DNA from: Clostridiales bacterium
Lineage (GTDB): Bacteria > Bacillota > Clostridia > Acetivibrionales > RGIG10202
Direction: 5' to 3'
Length of the DNA stretch: 64,000 nt
Assembly (NCBI GenBank): GCA_017961515.1
Contig: JAGCXC010000092.1
Span: forward strand, 15,626 to 79,625
The notes below the pieces were generated by a model that was not told the origin of the DNA, ran no database searches, and saw only the letters and a program-made list of their open reading frames with translations. The position numbers and the translations under genes were made by a program. Of the stretch, positions 22,985 through 32,926 are shown one piece after another (the stretch's first letter is position 1; every line of letters starts with the position of its first letter).

Positions 22985-24802
22985 ATGTTATATCTAGGGA
23001 AAAATAACTTCTTTGAATCTTTATCCCGTCCACTAGATAACAAAAAAATTTACTTTTACGATCAATACGACCAAAATATTTATATGAATATTGATGATTG
23101 GATAAAATTTATATTACCAATTGAAATAACTCAATCTAAAAGTTCTTCTCAAGACTTATTTAGATTGGCTAACTTCTGTTATAAAAATGGAATTGCGCGT
23201 TTCATCTTACAACACGCAAAAACTTTAGTTAACATAAAACCTTTAAACATTGACTATTGCATTTTATTAGTTGACATATATCTACAATGCAATATGCCAA
23301 ACGAAGCTCTACATCTTATAAATTTGGCATTAGTTAAGTATCCAAGAAATGGCAAGCTTATCACATACTTAGCTAAAGTATATTATCACTTGGGAAAAAA
23401 AGACATAGCTTTATCCTGTTTATTTGAAGGACTAATGCTAGATCCAAATCAAGCTGATGCATTATCAACATATTTTGACATAGCGTATTCAATAGATCCT
23501 ACGTCATGTATTGAAAACATAAAACTTTTCTCTAAATTACAGGGAAGCTTTATGCCAGATTTATTACTTGCATATCTTTCACTGAAGAAAAACGACGTTA
23601 ATACTGCAGTTGATATATATTCTAGACTATCAAAAAAAATTTCTTTCAATAATGATGTATTAATCTCTGTAGTAAAAACATTAAGTGCATTCAACAAATA
23701 TTCTGAATTAATTTCTTTAATTGAGCCAATATATGATTTTTACACAATGCCACATATTGTTGGGCTAAAACTCTTACACGCATATGCCTTTTGTAAAATG
23801 TACTCCCAAGGCGAGCTACTTTTACACAAATTTATGAATCTTAATAACCCTTGCTATCTAAATTATTTACTAAACATTTCAAACTTGCTAGATACTTTTA
23901 AAATTAGTCCTAGTAACGTTAAAGATTCATACAAATACACTATAACAATTTTTGATACTCCTATTTGGTATTACTCATTGGGAAATCCTAAATGGCTTTT
24001 GAATAATACAACAAAAATAGGAACTATTGGTCTTCTTCCTTTTATTCATTTAAACGGAAAAGACATTATAAATTCTAACATCTATTATGAAGACAACACA
24101 AGTAGACTCGCACGTAGTCTGCCTTTATATATTGGTGAAAAAATTCATTACGAAACAAATTTTAATTTTAATTATCTTTTGCCTATTGATATACCAAATG
24201 GACCTATTATTAAACGATATACTTATAATGAAAGTTATCTTCACAAAATCGCTACTAAAAAAAATATTCCTCTTTTGATATTTGGAACTGTCGACAAAGG
24301 ACGTAATAAATATTTGTTTAATATAAATATTTACGATTCTATAAACAGGAAATTTAAGGTATTCCCTTTTTCATCTAACTTTAAAAACTTTGACAAAAAT
24401 ATAAACTCAATGATAATAGAAACTCTATCTTGCATAAAAGGGATAAAATTTATAAAAACTGATATGTATAAATCACCTTCTGGAAACCAGCTTTATAACT
24501 ATTTACAACTTTTATCGTATTCACTAACTCAAACACTTATTTCAAATAAACTAATAAATATAAATTCTATTTTAGGTGAACGAAACATAATTAATTCTTA
24601 CTTTAACTATGCACTAAACTCAAACGACAATATAAGTAAACTTTTGTTATTATCTGGTTTATCTAAATCTAAAACTTACAACAAAGAAATTTATCTTGAG
24701 CCCAAACTTAAAGTAATGAAATTCTTTTCAAAAAATAAATCTATACTAAATAATGACTTATCTAATTTTCTAAATTCTCTTTACAACGAACAAAAAAAAT
24801 AA
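22985..24802 (+). CDS. TPR-like repeat protein, otherwise unknown
   Basis: The track start 22964 is TTG. ATG 22985 follows AAGGGGGGA by 6 nt. The N-terminal third has TPR-like helices (NEALHLINLALVKYPRNGKLITYLAKVYYHLGKKDIALSCLFEGLMLDPNQADAL). The remainder is N/K/I/Y-rich and unrecognised. Confidence 0.6.
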   Translation: MLYLGKNNFFESLSRPLDNKKIYFYDQYDQNIYMNIDDWIKFILPIEITQSKSSSQDLFRLANFCYKNGIARFILQHAKTLVNIKPLNIDYCILLVDIYLQCNMPNEALHLINLALVKYPRNGKLITYLAKVYYHLGKKDIALSCLFEGLMLDPNQADALSTYFDIAYSIDPTSCIENIKLFSKLQGSFMPDLLLAYLSLKKNDVNTAVDIYSRLSKKISFNNDVLISVVKTLSAFNKYSELISLIEPIYDFYTMPHIVGLKLLHAYAFCKMYSQGELLLHKFMNLNNPCYLNYLLNISNLLDTFKISPSNVKDSYKYTITIFDTPIWYYSLGNPKWLLNNTTKIGTIGLLPFIHLNGKDIINSNIYYEDNTSRLARSLPLYIGEKIHYETNFNFNYLLPIDIPNGPIIKRYTYNESYLHKIATKKNIPLLIFGTVDKGRNKYLFNINIYDSINRKFKVFPFSSNFKNFDKNINSMIIETLSCIKGIKFIKTDMYKSPSGNQLYNYLQLLSYSLTQTLISNKLININSILGERNIINSYFNYALNSNDNISKLLLLSGLSKSKTYNKEIYLEPKLKVMKFFSKNKSILNNDLSNFLNSLYNEQKK

Positions 24803-24836
24803 GCTACCCCAAGTTTTCTTAGGGTAGCTTATTTTT
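24792..24836. terminator. bidirectional terminator between convergent genes
   Basis: AAGCTACCC-N12-GGGTAGCTT (9-bp stem), flanked by an A-run upstream and a T-run downstream. Confidence 0.8.
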
Positions 24837-24843
24837 AATCTTA

Positions 24844-26718
24844 TTATTTTTTCACTACACATTGATTATCCAATGCATCATATACTGTAGCCATTGCTCC
24901 GTCTTCTTCTTTAAATTGTAATTCTACTGTCCGTGGCATATATTCATTAAACTCTACTCTTCTTCCATCACTGTAATCAATTCTATTTATACCAACTAGC
25001 GACCATACCTTATTTCCATCAACTGTCGGCTCTTCTATATAAGGAACTAATGTAAACTTAGCTGGCTGAATCTTTAATAAACCATCATCACCTTTTTCAA
25101 ATGTATAATTTACTCTTATCCCTACAGTACCTTTTGGAGTTTCATAACATCTTGCTAGTTCCGATACACCTTCCTCCTTAAATCTTTCTACCATTTTTAC
25201 TTCACCAGAACTATTTACTATTTCAATGTTCTTAATTGTGTTCTCTTGGCCATCTTCATATAACTTTATTGCGACCTTACTTCCATCTTCATTACTATAT
25301 GTATAAATTATAACACAATGTATATTACTAAGATCTAACTCTGCTACGTTACCTAATGCATCAGATACACATATTTTACTTACCCCTATAATAGTGTCTA
25401 ACTGGCTTTCATCTGTTGCAATATTTAAACCCGTTTTTGTTTCTTCGTTATTTACTTCACCATCAATTACTTCGCCAAACTTTCCACTTATTATATCCAT
25501 TGTATAACTTTTTTCATCTTGTGGATATGCAAGTTCTCTTTCTTCTCCTTCTTTTAAATCAGTGAATTTATACCCTTTTAGAGTTACTGCTTCCGTATCC
25601 CCACTTTTAATCAATAGCTCACCTAACCCTGATTGAAAATCTTGTATTATTATTTCATATTTACCTGGTACTACTTTTCCATCTTCTTTTACTTTTCTTA
25701 CTTTTACGCTTGGTCCAGTTTTATCTTCATTTACAGAAACTACATTTTCATGTCCCACTGCATCAATTAATTTTAATTCTGTAATTTTTTTGTCATACAA
25801 TTCAAATATATTCCTTTGTGTTGTTGTTATAGACACATTTTTACCATCTATTATAACTTGTTCTATACCTGATTCATTATCCTTTGCCTTCAATATAATT
25901 TTTTTGCTATTGTCATTCTTATATACTCTTTCTATTTCTGGCTCTTTCCAGTCTAGTAACAATTGCACTTCACAAGGCGTAGCCTCATCCTCCACATAAA
26001 CTAAAATACTTGTTGTTCCTGGCTCTATTGTATATCGCTTTACTTTATTAGTTGTATCGATTTCGTTCCCTTGGGCTATTACTTCCGCTGTATTAGACTT
26101 ATCCATATATGTAACTTTAGTTATTGTACTACCGTTGCACTTCATTGCCACAGCCATTACATCTCCATCCTCATTTTTATACGCTCTTGTTACCTCCAAT
26201 TTTATTTCATCTATATTTATCCATTGATAGTTACCAAGAGTATCTTTTACTTTAAATTTTTTATCTCCATCTTTTAGTTCATATCTTGCTATCGCCTCTG
26301 TTGTATTTTTTATAAATTTAACTCTTGTATTTTCCTTTTCATCTTCTATTTCATCAAGAAATACTTTTTTATCTTCCCCATAATATTCCTTATCATAATT
26401 GGTAAGTCCAGGGTGTTTTAATCCAATATATACACAATTTTCATCTGTATCTTTATACTTCCACAATATCATTCTTTTTTCTGTGCCTTCAGCTACTCCT
26501 TCCTGGCTTCCCATATAATCATCCAAATCCAATGATGGATGATCATATATAGAATTTGAATCATCAAGTGCAGTCATCATCAACCCCGAATTATTTCCTG
26601 GATTAACTTCCTCCGCCCAACTAAAGCTTGTTATCATACCAACAGACAATGTCACGGCCAACATGCCCGTCAAGATTTTTCTTACATTTTTATACTTTTG
26701 TAATTTAATAATATTCAT
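24844..26718 (-). CDS. secreted hypothetical protein (beta-rich, Ig-like repeats likely)
   Basis: The track ORF starts at TTG 26766. AGGAGGA sits 10 nt before ATG 26718, giving MNIIKLQKYKNVRKILTGMLAVTLSVGMITSFSWA, which reads as a signal peptide. No known domain recognised. Confidence 0.6.
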   Translation of the reverse strand: MNIIKLQKYKNVRKILTGMLAVTLSVGMITSFSWAEEVNPGNNSGLMMTALDDSNSIYDHPSLDLDDYMGSQEGVAEGTEKRMILWKYKDTDENCVYIGLKHPGLTNYDKEYYGEDKKVFLDEIEDEKENTRVKFIKNTTEAIARYELKDGDKKFKVKDTLGNYQWINIDEIKLEVTRAYKNEDGDVMAVAMKCNGSTITKVTYMDKSNTAEVIAQGNEIDTTNKVKRYTIEPGTTSILVYVEDEATPCEVQLLLDWKEPEIERVYKNDNSKKIILKAKDNESGIEQVIIDGKNVSITTTQRNIFELYDKKITELKLIDAVGHENVVSVNEDKTGPSVKVRKVKEDGKVVPGKYEIIIQDFQSGLGELLIKSGDTEAVTLKGYKFTDLKEGEERELAYPQDEKSYTMDIISGKFGEVIDGEVNNEETKTGLNIATDESQLDTIIGVSKICVSDALGNVAELDLSNIHCVIIYTYSNEDGSKVAIKLYEDGQENTIKNIEIVNSSGEVKMVERFKEEGVSELARCYETPKGTVGIRVNYTFEKGDDGLLKIQPAKFTLVPYIEEPTVDGNKVWSLVGINRIDYSDGRRVEFNEYMPRTVELQFKEEDGAMATVYDALDNQCVVKK

Positions 26719-26880
26719 GTTGTTCATTCCTCCTGTTGTAAAAATATTTTTATACCCGATAACCAAGTTCCCTTGTTTTACCTTACTTGACTATATTTCG
26801 TCACTTCGAAGTAAAAAATTAGTAATTATTAAAAGAAATATCTCTATATGTATTTTTTACAATAAGCTCTTACAAAAGCT

Positions 26881-26921
26881 AAAGGAATGATTGAGCCTAA
26901 TATAAGCTCAAGCATTCCTTT
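26881..26921 (-). terminator. long hairpin immediately after spoVM (terminator candidate, weak U-tract)
   Basis: AAAGGAATG-A-TTGAGC-N9-GCTCAA-G-CATTCCTTT (9+6 bp). On the minus strand it is followed by AGCTTTTGT. Confidence 0.55.
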
Positions 26922-26990
26922 CTACATTTTCAAGAACTTCTTTAATACACTTCCTAAAAATCTAGGCATCTTAAACACAACTATCTTCAT
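26922..26990 (-). CDS. spoVM: stage V sporulation protein M (22-aa amphipathic peptide)
   Basis: Not in the ORF track because it is too short. My translation is MKIVVFKMPRFLGSVLKKFLKM. It aligns without gaps to B. subtilis SpoVM MKFYTIKLPKFLGGIVRAMLGSFRKD (MK....K.P+FLG....). RBS AGGTGA lies 6 nt upstream, and the hairpin starts right after the stop. Confidence 0.85.
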   Translation of the reverse strand: MKIVVFKMPRFLGSVLKKFLKM

Positions 26991-27024
26991 ACTATATCAC
27001 CTAATCTCGTTATCCATCTAGTGT

Positions 27025-27032
27025 ATTATATG
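27025..27032 (-). promoter_or_regulatory. possible sigma-E-type -10 element upstream of spoVM
   Basis: Minus strand CATATAAT, against the sigma-E -10 consensus CATACAHT, 35 nt upstream of the ATG. The -35 region is poor. Confidence 0.3.
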
Positions 27033-27087
27033 CACACACGCCCTTTTTGTTCTATATATATTTGTAGGACACACACTCTCTATATCA

Positions 27088-27414
27088 CTAGCCAAGATAC
27101 GATTTCATTATTATAGACGTTCCCATGTATATTTTTCTTCTAGCAGCAACAGATGACGAACTTGGTATAACGTACACACCTGATTCATTCACCCCTTCTA
27201 CTTCATCTGCCATTATTCTTAAAATATCTATAAACAAAGTTCCTGTAGATATAAGCTTTAATTTCCGTGTCACATTAACTTTTATTCGATCTATTTTATT
27301 ATAAATATCTCTTTTGGTATTTCTCTTTAGCCCAACGATTATGTCATTTTCCCATATCATACGTCCTCTACCTCCCGTACAAGGATACATTACACTAATA
27401 TGTTTCTTGCACAT
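27088..27414 (-). CDS. hypothetical protein
   Basis: 108-aa ORF starting 19 nt after the aspartokinase-like gene. The start is uncertain (internal Met at residues 9 and 19). No motif recognised. Confidence 0.4.
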   Translation of the reverse strand: MCKKHISVMYPCTGGRGRMIWENDIIVGLKRNTKRDIYNKIDRIKVNVTRKLKLISTGTLFIDILRIMADEVEGVNESGVYVIPSSSSVAARRKIYMGTSIIMKSYLG

Positions 27415-27433
27415 ACTATTTTATTATAATCCT

Positions 27434-28516
27434 CTACATAGTTCCAATCGCAGGGTCTTTATATATCTGCTTGCCATCTCCATTAAAGGCTCTTGGAATT
27501 ACTATCTCATTATCTAATCCATAAAGCGAATGTATTGCACAAAGTGCAGTATCTAATTGCTCTGCCCAGCCTATCTCCACTGTAACACTCATATTGTCAA
27601 ATTCTGTCTTGACAACCTGTGCAAAAATCTTGTTTTTATTAAGCTTTTGTATAATCTTTTCTCCATCTCTAGCGCCAATTTTTCTTCCCACTACCGAAAT
27701 AGTAATCTCATTTGGGCTATGTTCATAATACGTTATCCCTGCAATATCCTTTTTAAAATCAGTATTTTTAATTAATGTTCCACTCTCGTCATCCAAAAAG
27801 TTCGGCAAAAGTCTCAAATTTATATTATAGTCCATAGCTGTGTTTATCGACACTGGATGCAATATTCTAGCACCTAGGCTTGATAACACATACATTTCTT
27901 CAAGCGACAACTCCTCTATTTTAGAAGCTTTAGGCACTCTACGCGGATTAGCTGAATAAACACCACGAACATCCTTATAAAAATAACAACAATCCGCCTT
28001 AAGATATCCTGCCACTGCCACTGCAGTTGTGTCAGATCCATCAAACCCAAGTGTAGTTATTCTTCCATCCTTAGTTATTCCCTGAAATCCTGCAATTATA
28101 GGTATAATATCATTTTCTAAACACTCTTCTATTTTTTTTGTATCTATGTATGTTATTTGTGCCATCCCATGCTCATCATTTGTCAAAATAGGTAGCTGCC
28201 ATCCCAAAAATGCTTTTGCTTTCTGATTAAATCTATCACTATTTAATAACTTACTTAAAAGTCCAGCTGATATTTGCTCACCTGCCGCCAACACAATGTC
28301 TTCTTCATCTAAGCGAGATTCCCTTGACATTAATTGTGACATTTCTTTTAAATTTCTTGTCTCACCCGCCATTGCTGATATCACCACTACAACTTGATTT
28401 CCTTCATCTTTTTTCCTTTTTATTGTATTTGCAACCCTTATCATATGGTTTTCATCAAAAAAATTTTCTCTATCCCCTACTGAAGATCCTCCAAATTTTA
28501 ATACTACCTTAGGCAT
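27434..28516 (-). CDS. aspartate kinase-like amino-acid kinase (short form)
   Basis: 360 aa. VVLKFGGSSVGD, VVVVISAMAGETRNL, AAGEQISAGLLSKLL and GFDGSDTTAVAVAG. The C-terminal regulatory region is shorter than in typical ~400-450-aa aspartokinases. Confidence 0.75.
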   Translation of the reverse strand: MPKVVLKFGGSSVGDRENFFDENHMIRVANTIKRKKDEGNQVVVVISAMAGETRNLKEMSQLMSRESRLDEEDIVLAAGEQISAGLLSKLLNSDRFNQKAKAFLGWQLPILTNDEHGMAQITYIDTKKIEECLENDIIPIIAGFQGITKDGRITTLGFDGSDTTAVAVAGYLKADCCYFYKDVRGVYSANPRRVPKASKIEELSLEEMYVLSSLGARILHPVSINTAMDYNINLRLLPNFLDDESGTLIKNTDFKKDIAGITYYEHSPNEITISVVGRKIGARDGEKIIQKLNKNKIFAQVVKTEFDNMSVTVEIGWAEQLDTALCAIHSLYGLDNEIVIPRAFNGDGKQIYKDPAIGTM

Positions 28517-28578
28517 CCTTCCATACCGCCTTTCTAATATTTTAGTATATTGTATAACAGCAAAGTCAACTAATATTC

Positions 28579-29046
28579 CTATATCTTTGAAATTAAATTT
28601 ACCATCTCTATCGCTGTCACCGCAGCATCAAATCCTTTATTCCCTGCCTTTGTTCCTGCTCTTTCTATCGCCTGCTCTATTGTATCTGTAGTAAGTACTC
28701 CAAACACAACTGGCATATCGCAATCTAAGCCTACTTTGGCCACTCCCTTTGACACCTCACTTGCTACACAGTCAAAATGTGGCGTCGATCCTCTTATCAC
28801 TGCACCAACGCATATTACTGCATCATATTTTTTAGTAGCCGCCATCCTTTTTGCTATAAGAGGTATCTCAAATGCACCTGGTACCCACGCAACCTCTATA
28901 TTTTCTTCTGACACACCATGCCTTTTTAAGGCATCTATTGCTCCACCCAAAAGCTTATTTGTGATAAGCTCATTGAATCTTGATGCAACTATCGCAAACC
29001 TTTTTCCCTTAGACACCAATTCACCCTGATACACTTTAATAGACAT
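28579..29046 (-). CDS. ribH: 6,7-dimethyl-8-ribityllumazine synthase
   Basis: Start moved from 29055 to ATG 29046, because AGGGGGA directly abuts the first [42 protein letters not shown]. Confidence 0.93.
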   Translation of the reverse strand: MSIKVYQGELVSKGKRFAIVASRFNELITNKLLGGAIDALKRHGVSEENIEVAWVPGAFEIPLIAKRMAATKKYDAVICVGAVIRGSTPHFDCVASEVSKGVAKVGLDCDMPVVFGVLTTDTIEQAIERAGTKAGNKGFDAAVTAIEMVNLISKI

Positions 29047-29059
29047 ATCAATCATCCCC

Positions 29060-30268
29060 CTATTGATTTTCTTCTAAATTTTCCAATAAATGCCCCATCT
29101 TTTCCTTTTTAGTCTTTAAATAAAATTTATTTACTTTATTCTCTTTTATCTGTATTGGAACTCGCTCCACTATTTCTAAACCATAACCTCCAAGCCCCAC
29201 TATCTTCTTAGGATTATTAGTAAGTAGTTTAATCTTTCTAACACCCATATCATACAATATCTGTGCACCTATACCATACTCTCTTAAATCTGCTGGAAAT
29301 CCTAGCATTATATTTGCCTCTACTGTATCCTTTCCCTGATCCTGAAGATTGTACGCTCGAACTTTATTTACTAGTCCTATTCCCCTCCCCTCTTGTCTCA
29401 TATATAATACTACACCTCTACCTTCTTTTTCTATCGCCTGCATTGATGCCTTCAATTGCTCACCGCAATCACATCTTAACGAATGAAATGCGTCACCAGT
29501 TAAACACTCTGAATGCACCCGCACAAGAACAGGCTCTTCTGTTGCAACATCTCCTTTAACCAACGCCACATGATGTTCTTTACTGATTTTATTCTCATAT
29601 GCAACTATAGTAAACTCGCCAAATTCCGTAGGTAACTTAGCACTAGATGCTTTTTTTATAAGTAGCTCTTGGTTTATTCTATATTTTATTAGATCCGCTA
29701 TTGTAATTAGCTTTAAATTATACTGATAGACAAATTTTTCTAAATCCGGCACTCTAGACATTGTTCCATCTTCATTCATTATTTCACATATTACTCCAAC
29801 TTCACTTAATCCTGCAAGTCTTAGCAAATCAACTGTGGCCTCTGTGTGTCCCGCTCTTTTTAAAACTCCTCCATCCACAGCTATTAATGGCGAAATATGT
29901 CCAGGTCGTACAAATGTTTTAGCTTTCGAATTTTTATCTGCTAAATCATTTATTGTCTTCGCTCTCTCTTTTGCAGATATTCCTGTAGTCGAAGTAGCAC
30001 TATCTACTGTAACTGTAAATGCCGTTCTTAAATTTTCTCTATTTTTCTCTACCATAAGTGGCAAAGAAAGTTTTTCTGCACGCTCCTTAGTTAGAGGAAC
30101 ACAGACTAATCCCCTACCATACTTTGTAATAAAATTAACATCACTTGCACGAACGAACTCAGCCGCCATCACTAGATCTCCTTCGTTCTCTCTATCTTCA
30201 TCATCAACTACCACTATCATTTTGCCTTGCTTTAAATCTTCCAGCGCCTCATCTATAGAATTGAACAA
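29060..30268 (-). CDS. ribBA: bifunctional 3,4-dihydroxy-2-butanone-4-phosphate synthase / GTP cyclohydrolase II
   Basis: 402 aa. [39 protein letters not shown] and EGRGIGL. Confidence 0.95.
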   Translation of the reverse strand: MFNSIDEALEDLKQGKMIVVVDDEDRENEGDLVMAAEFVRASDVNFITKYGRGLVCVPLTKERAEKLSLPLMVEKNRENLRTAFTVTVDSATSTTGISAKERAKTINDLADKNSKAKTFVRPGHISPLIAVDGGVLKRAGHTEATVDLLRLAGLSEVGVICEIMNEDGTMSRVPDLEKFVYQYNLKLITIADLIKYRINQELLIKKASSAKLPTEFGEFTIVAYENKISKEHHVALVKGDVATEEPVLVRVHSECLTGDAFHSLRCDCGEQLKASMQAIEKEGRGVVLYMRQEGRGIGLVNKVRAYNLQDQGKDTVEANIMLGFPADLREYGIGAQILYDMGVRKIKLLTNNPKKIVGLGGYGLEIVERVPIQIKENKVNKFYLKTKKEKMGHLLENLEENQ

Positions 30269-30288
30269 TTCAAACTCCCCTCCTTTGT

Positions 30289-30927
30289 TTAAGCAAATCC
30301 ATTCTCTTTCAAAAAATCATATGTAATCTTCGGACTGCTTTTGTTAATAAACTTTTCAATATATTTACCTATTATGTCACACTCTATATTTAAAATATCA
30401 CCTGTTTTTTTGTCTTTTAAACAAGTATTATCAATTGTATGCGGTATAATAGACACACTAAATTTATCACTACCAACACTCACAACTGTAAGACTTATTC
30501 CATCTAGTGAAACACTTCCCTTTGTTATAATATACTTCATAATATCATATGGTGCAAGCACACTAAATACCACTGCATTGCCACAAGGATTTTTATCCAA
30601 TATCCTTCCAACACCGTCAATATGACCTGTTAATATATGTCCGCCAAATCTTCCATTTATAGGCATGGCTCTTTCCAGATTAACTTTATCCCGAGTCTTT
30701 AGCGCACCAATCGAACTTCTATTTAAAGTCTCTGGCATAACATCAACACTAAATGAACTATCACAAATATCCACAACCGTAAGGCAAACTCCATTAACAC
30801 TTATGCTATCGCCAATACTTGTCCCTTTCAATACTCTTTGGCATTTTATACAAAGCTTGTTAGGAAAAGCACTTATCACTTCTCCGACTTCTTCTACTAT
30901 CCCTGTAAACAAACTACACTTCACCAT
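30289..30927 (-). CDS. ribE: riboflavin synthase alpha chain
   Basis: [10 protein letters not shown]..., with an internal lumazine-binding repeat. The start is ambiguous: ATG 30927 overlaps the ribD 3' end, and TTG 30912 would give the canonical MFTGIVEE N-terminus. Confidence 0.9.
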   Translation of the reverse strand: MVKCSLFTGIVEEVGEVISAFPNKLCIKCQRVLKGTSIGDSISVNGVCLTVVDICDSSFSVDVMPETLNRSSIGALKTRDKVNLERAMPINGRFGGHILTGHIDGVGRILDKNPCGNAVVFSVLAPYDIMKYIITKGSVSLDGISLTVVSVGSDKFSVSIIPHTIDNTCLKDKKTGDILNIECDIIGKYIEKFINKSSPKITYDFLKENGFA

Positions 30928-32026
30928 CCCTCAAGATTAGTCCCTCTATCATTATGTCATTACCTAGTTTTCGTGTACTTATGTCTTTCATCCTTATTGC
31001 ATCAATCAAAAAATCAACACCCTGTCCACCAACAGGCGTCTTTGCACATTCTCCTCCTACTATCTTGGGCGCAACTATTGTCACTACTTTATCAACTATA
31101 CCACTACCCAGTGCAGAAGCATTTAACGTACTTCCCCCTTCTAACAAAACACTGTCTATACCTAATTCATATAATTTATCCATGAGTAAATTCAAGTCGA
31201 CTTTACCATCCGGTCCATCTAACTTTAGCACTAGCACTCCTCTTTTCACGTACTCTTTTTCTTTTACTTTTGATGTAGTAGCTAAAATAACCTCATGCTC
31301 TTTCTTCATATTTTTTATTAGCTTACAATCTATAGGCAACCTTCCCTGGCTATCAACCACTATTTTATAAGGCTCCATCCCTTTTTGATCAACTAAACGC
31401 ACATTAAGCGCTGGATTATCAGATATAGCAGTATTTATTCCTATCATAACCGAAGCTACTCTATCCCTCAACTTGTGCACGTAACGCCTAGCTTTATCTG
31501 AAGTTATCCACTTGGTATCCCCAATACGTGTAGAAATTTTCCCGTCCATAGTCATTGCACTCTTTAGTATAACAAATGGCTTTTTCTTTGTGATATACTT
31601 TATAAATATCTCGTTTAACTTGGTACACTCATCTTCTAATACCCCAGATACCACATCTATTCCCGCATTTTTTAATATCTCAATTCCTTTTCCCGAAACC
31701 TTAGGATTTGGATCCTTCATTCCAATAACAACTCTTTTTAATCCTAGCTCGGTTAAACGATTAGCACATGGCGGTGTTTTCCCATAATGTGCACACGGCT
31801 CTAAATTGACATATAGCGTCGCTCCCTTTGCCTGTCTTAAATCTACTAAATTTTTAAGTACATTAATCTCTGCGTGTGCACCTCCTATTTTTTCATGATA
31901 CCCTCTAGCTAAAATTTTTCTGTCTTTTTCTATAACAGATCCAACCAAGGGATTAGGATTAGTCGCACCCCAACCTTTTTTCGCTTGTTTTATAGCCTCT
32001 GCCATATAAAATTCATGTTCCTTCAC
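30914..32026 (-). CDS. ribD: bifunctional diaminohydroxyphosphoribosylaminopyrimidine deaminase / 5-amino-6-(5-phosphoribosylamino)uracil reductase
   Basis: 370 aa. GTG start with AGAGGA upstream. HAEINVL, LEPCAHYGKTPPC and a C-terminal reductase domain. Confidence 0.93.
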   Translation of the reverse strand: MKEHEFYMAEAIKQAKKGWGATNPNPLVGSVIEKDRKILARGYHEKIGGAHAEINVLKNLVDLRQAKGATLYVNLEPCAHYGKTPPCANRLTELGLKRVVIGMKDPNPKVSGKGIEILKNAGIDVVSGVLEDECTKLNEIFIKYITKKKPFVILKSAMTMDGKISTRIGDTKWITSDKARRYVHKLRDRVASVMIGINTAISDNPALNVRLVDQKGMEPYKIVVDSQGRLPIDCKLIKNMKKEHEVILATTSKVKEKEYVKRGVLVLKLDGPDGKVDLNLLMDKLYELGIDSVLLEGGSTLNASALGSGIVDKVVTIVAPKIVGGECAKTPVGGQGVDFLIDAIRMKDISTRKLGNDIMIEGLILRDGEV

Positions 32027-32041
32027 AATAATCCTCTTCTC

Positions 32042-32923
32042 CTAATACTTTCTATTTAACAAATATTCTGCCATAGCAACTAAATCTTTTGCCTCATCTC
32101 CAAATATACGTAGGCTTGCTATTGCATCGTTTGTTGTATCTTCCAGATACAACATCGCTTGGTTTAATCCATATACACTAACATACGTAGTCTTGCTCTC
32201 TTCCTTATCTTTCCCCACTGACTTGCCTAAACTTTTTTTATCTCCAATAACGTCTAGTATATCATCCTTTATCTGAAACGCCAAGCCCAATTTTTGAGAA
32301 AACCGGTCAAGACTTGACTTTTCTTCATGTGTAGCATTAGCCAAATGTGCCGCCGCCATAACACTTGCTTTTATAAGACATCCTGTTTTTAGTTTATGCA
32401 CATATTCTAGTTCATCCGCTGATACTACCTTCCCTACAATTTCTAAATCTTTAACTTGGCCACCAATCATTCCATCCATTCCAGCGCTATTTGCAATTTC
32501 CTTAGCCGCAAGTATACTTTCTCTTCCACCGTTCAAACTTTCATCTAACATAATCTCGTACGCCTTATTTAAAAGAGCATCTCCCGAAAGTATCGCCATT
32601 GCTTCACCATACACTTTATGATTAGTCAAATGTCCTCTTCTATAGTCGTCATTGTCCATTGCAGGCAAATCATCATGTATCAATGAATATGTATGTATCA
32701 TCTCTAATGCACATGCAAACGGCATCAATTTATCCTTTGATACTCCAAACATCTCTCCTACAAGCAACATAAGCACTGGCCGTATTCTCTTTCCTCCAGA
32801 TATAAGACTATACTTCGCTACCTCGTATATCTTATCTACTTTAGAATCTTTCCCCTTCATATAAAACTTTAACATGTCATTTATCTTATCTCTATAGCAT
32901 TTGATTTTATCCTCTATCGCCAT
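32042..32923 (-). CDS. ispA: farnesyl/geranyl diphosphate synthase (polyprenyl synthetase family)
   Basis: 293 aa. LIHDDLPAMDNDDYRRG and FQIKDDILD aspartate-rich motifs. Confidence 0.9.
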   Translation of the reverse strand: MAIEDKIKCYRDKINDMLKFYMKGKDSKVDKIYEVAKYSLISGGKRIRPVLMLLVGEMFGVSKDKLMPFACALEMIHTYSLIHDDLPAMDNDDYRRGHLTNHKVYGEAMAILSGDALLNKAYEIMLDESLNGGRESILAAKEIANSAGMDGMIGGQVKDLEIVGKVVSADELEYVHKLKTGCLIKASVMAAAHLANATHEEKSSLDRFSQKLGLAFQIKDDILDVIGDKKSLGKSVGKDKEESKTTYVSVYGLNQAMLYLEDTTNDAIASLRIFGDEAKDLVAMAEYLLNRKY

Positions 32924-32926
32924 ATC

